The notes beneath the pieces are model-generated. The model was not told where the DNA came from. It saw only the letters and a program-made list of their open reading frames with translations, and did no database searches. Below, one piece after another: positions 63,175-64,000 of a DNA stretch of 64,000 nucleotides. Source of the DNA: Leucoraja ocellata (lineage: Eukaryota); NCBI GenBank assembly GCA_036785375.1, contig JAWMAR010001838.1, forward strand, positions 1 through 64,000, read 5' to 3'. The first letter of the stretch is position 1; the number at the start of each line of letters is the position of its first letter. A program made the position numbers and the translations under genes.

Positions 63175-64000
63175 ATACTTCCCCTTCGTGAAGCTTGATT
63201 AGATTATGATTTTTCCAAATTAACTTTATTCACAATTGGTTTTAATGTTTTTCCAACAATAGATGTTAGATTCACCTCTTCCCTGTTTTTCCTGTTGGTA
63301 TTTTTCCAACCCCTCTAATAATTGTCCAGAATGGGAAGATTGCAACCAATGCATTCACTTTTTTGATCAACACTACTTTTCGGACCAGGGATGCGAGCCA
63401 TCTGAGCTAGGGATCATTTTGGTGTTTAGGACCATGCACTACACAATGCTATTTCTCCAGTGATGGCAATGGTATTTAATTCATCACTAACATTATTCGG
63501 TATTAATGGGATGCTTGTTGTATCTTCTACCATAAACACTGATGCAAAATATTAATATAATTCCTCTGCCATTTGCTTGGTCTCTATAACTATTTCTGTG
63601 CCTTATTCTCTGAAGAACCTATGTTCACTTTGACCTCTTACTTTTTATATCGTTAACTAAACTCTTTTTGTCCGCACCAGGATGATTAAAACTATTATAT
63701 TTTAACGCAATCATGGCTATTTGGCAAGTCAACTAGACACAACCCAGGATAATCTTTCTCAGTCTATACCACAATTGTTGGTTCATTTAGCGATTGGTCT
63801 ATTTGGGGCGATCCCAATATTTCATTTTATCTGTGATAAATGGCATTGTATTGCTGATCAAAGTTATTGATAATACGATATTGTAGTGGCACATGATCTT
63901 CAACTTAGTTTCACTAAGTTTGATGGACATGTTAAGCAGAAGTAAATCTTCTCTGCACAGCAGTTAGCGCAGGAGTTTATTGGCAGCATTATATCATGTT

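Overview
Repeat-dense eukaryotic DNA with no recognisable host gene. The combination of HER1/CR1 LINEs and HE1-type V-SINEs suggests a cartilaginous fish, probably a skate or ray (inference). Nearly all long ORFs come from transposons: many CR1/HER1 and Rex1/Babar LINE pieces (one young Rex1 with an uninterrupted ~850-codon EN-RT frame), two Tc1 copies, a decayed Tigger/pogo, Penelope RT and GIY-YIG remnants, and two DIRS1-type elements. One DIRS1 is full length, with ITR/ICR termini and gag, RT/RNase H, methyltransferase and tyrosine recombinase. The more unusual features are non-coding: (i) a modular GC-rich non-autonomous retroposon family with a Rex1-type 3' stem-loop that keeps its structure while its sequence changes; (ii) many short Penelope-end insertions with a minimal hammerhead-ribozyme-like core; (iii) a Helitron-like end carrying a TATA-Inr-splice donor cassette; (iv) Harbinger-like MITEs, a foldback element, a four-level nested insertion and an 18-bp minisatellite that arose from a LINE tail. 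All calls were made by eye, and many boundaries are approximate.
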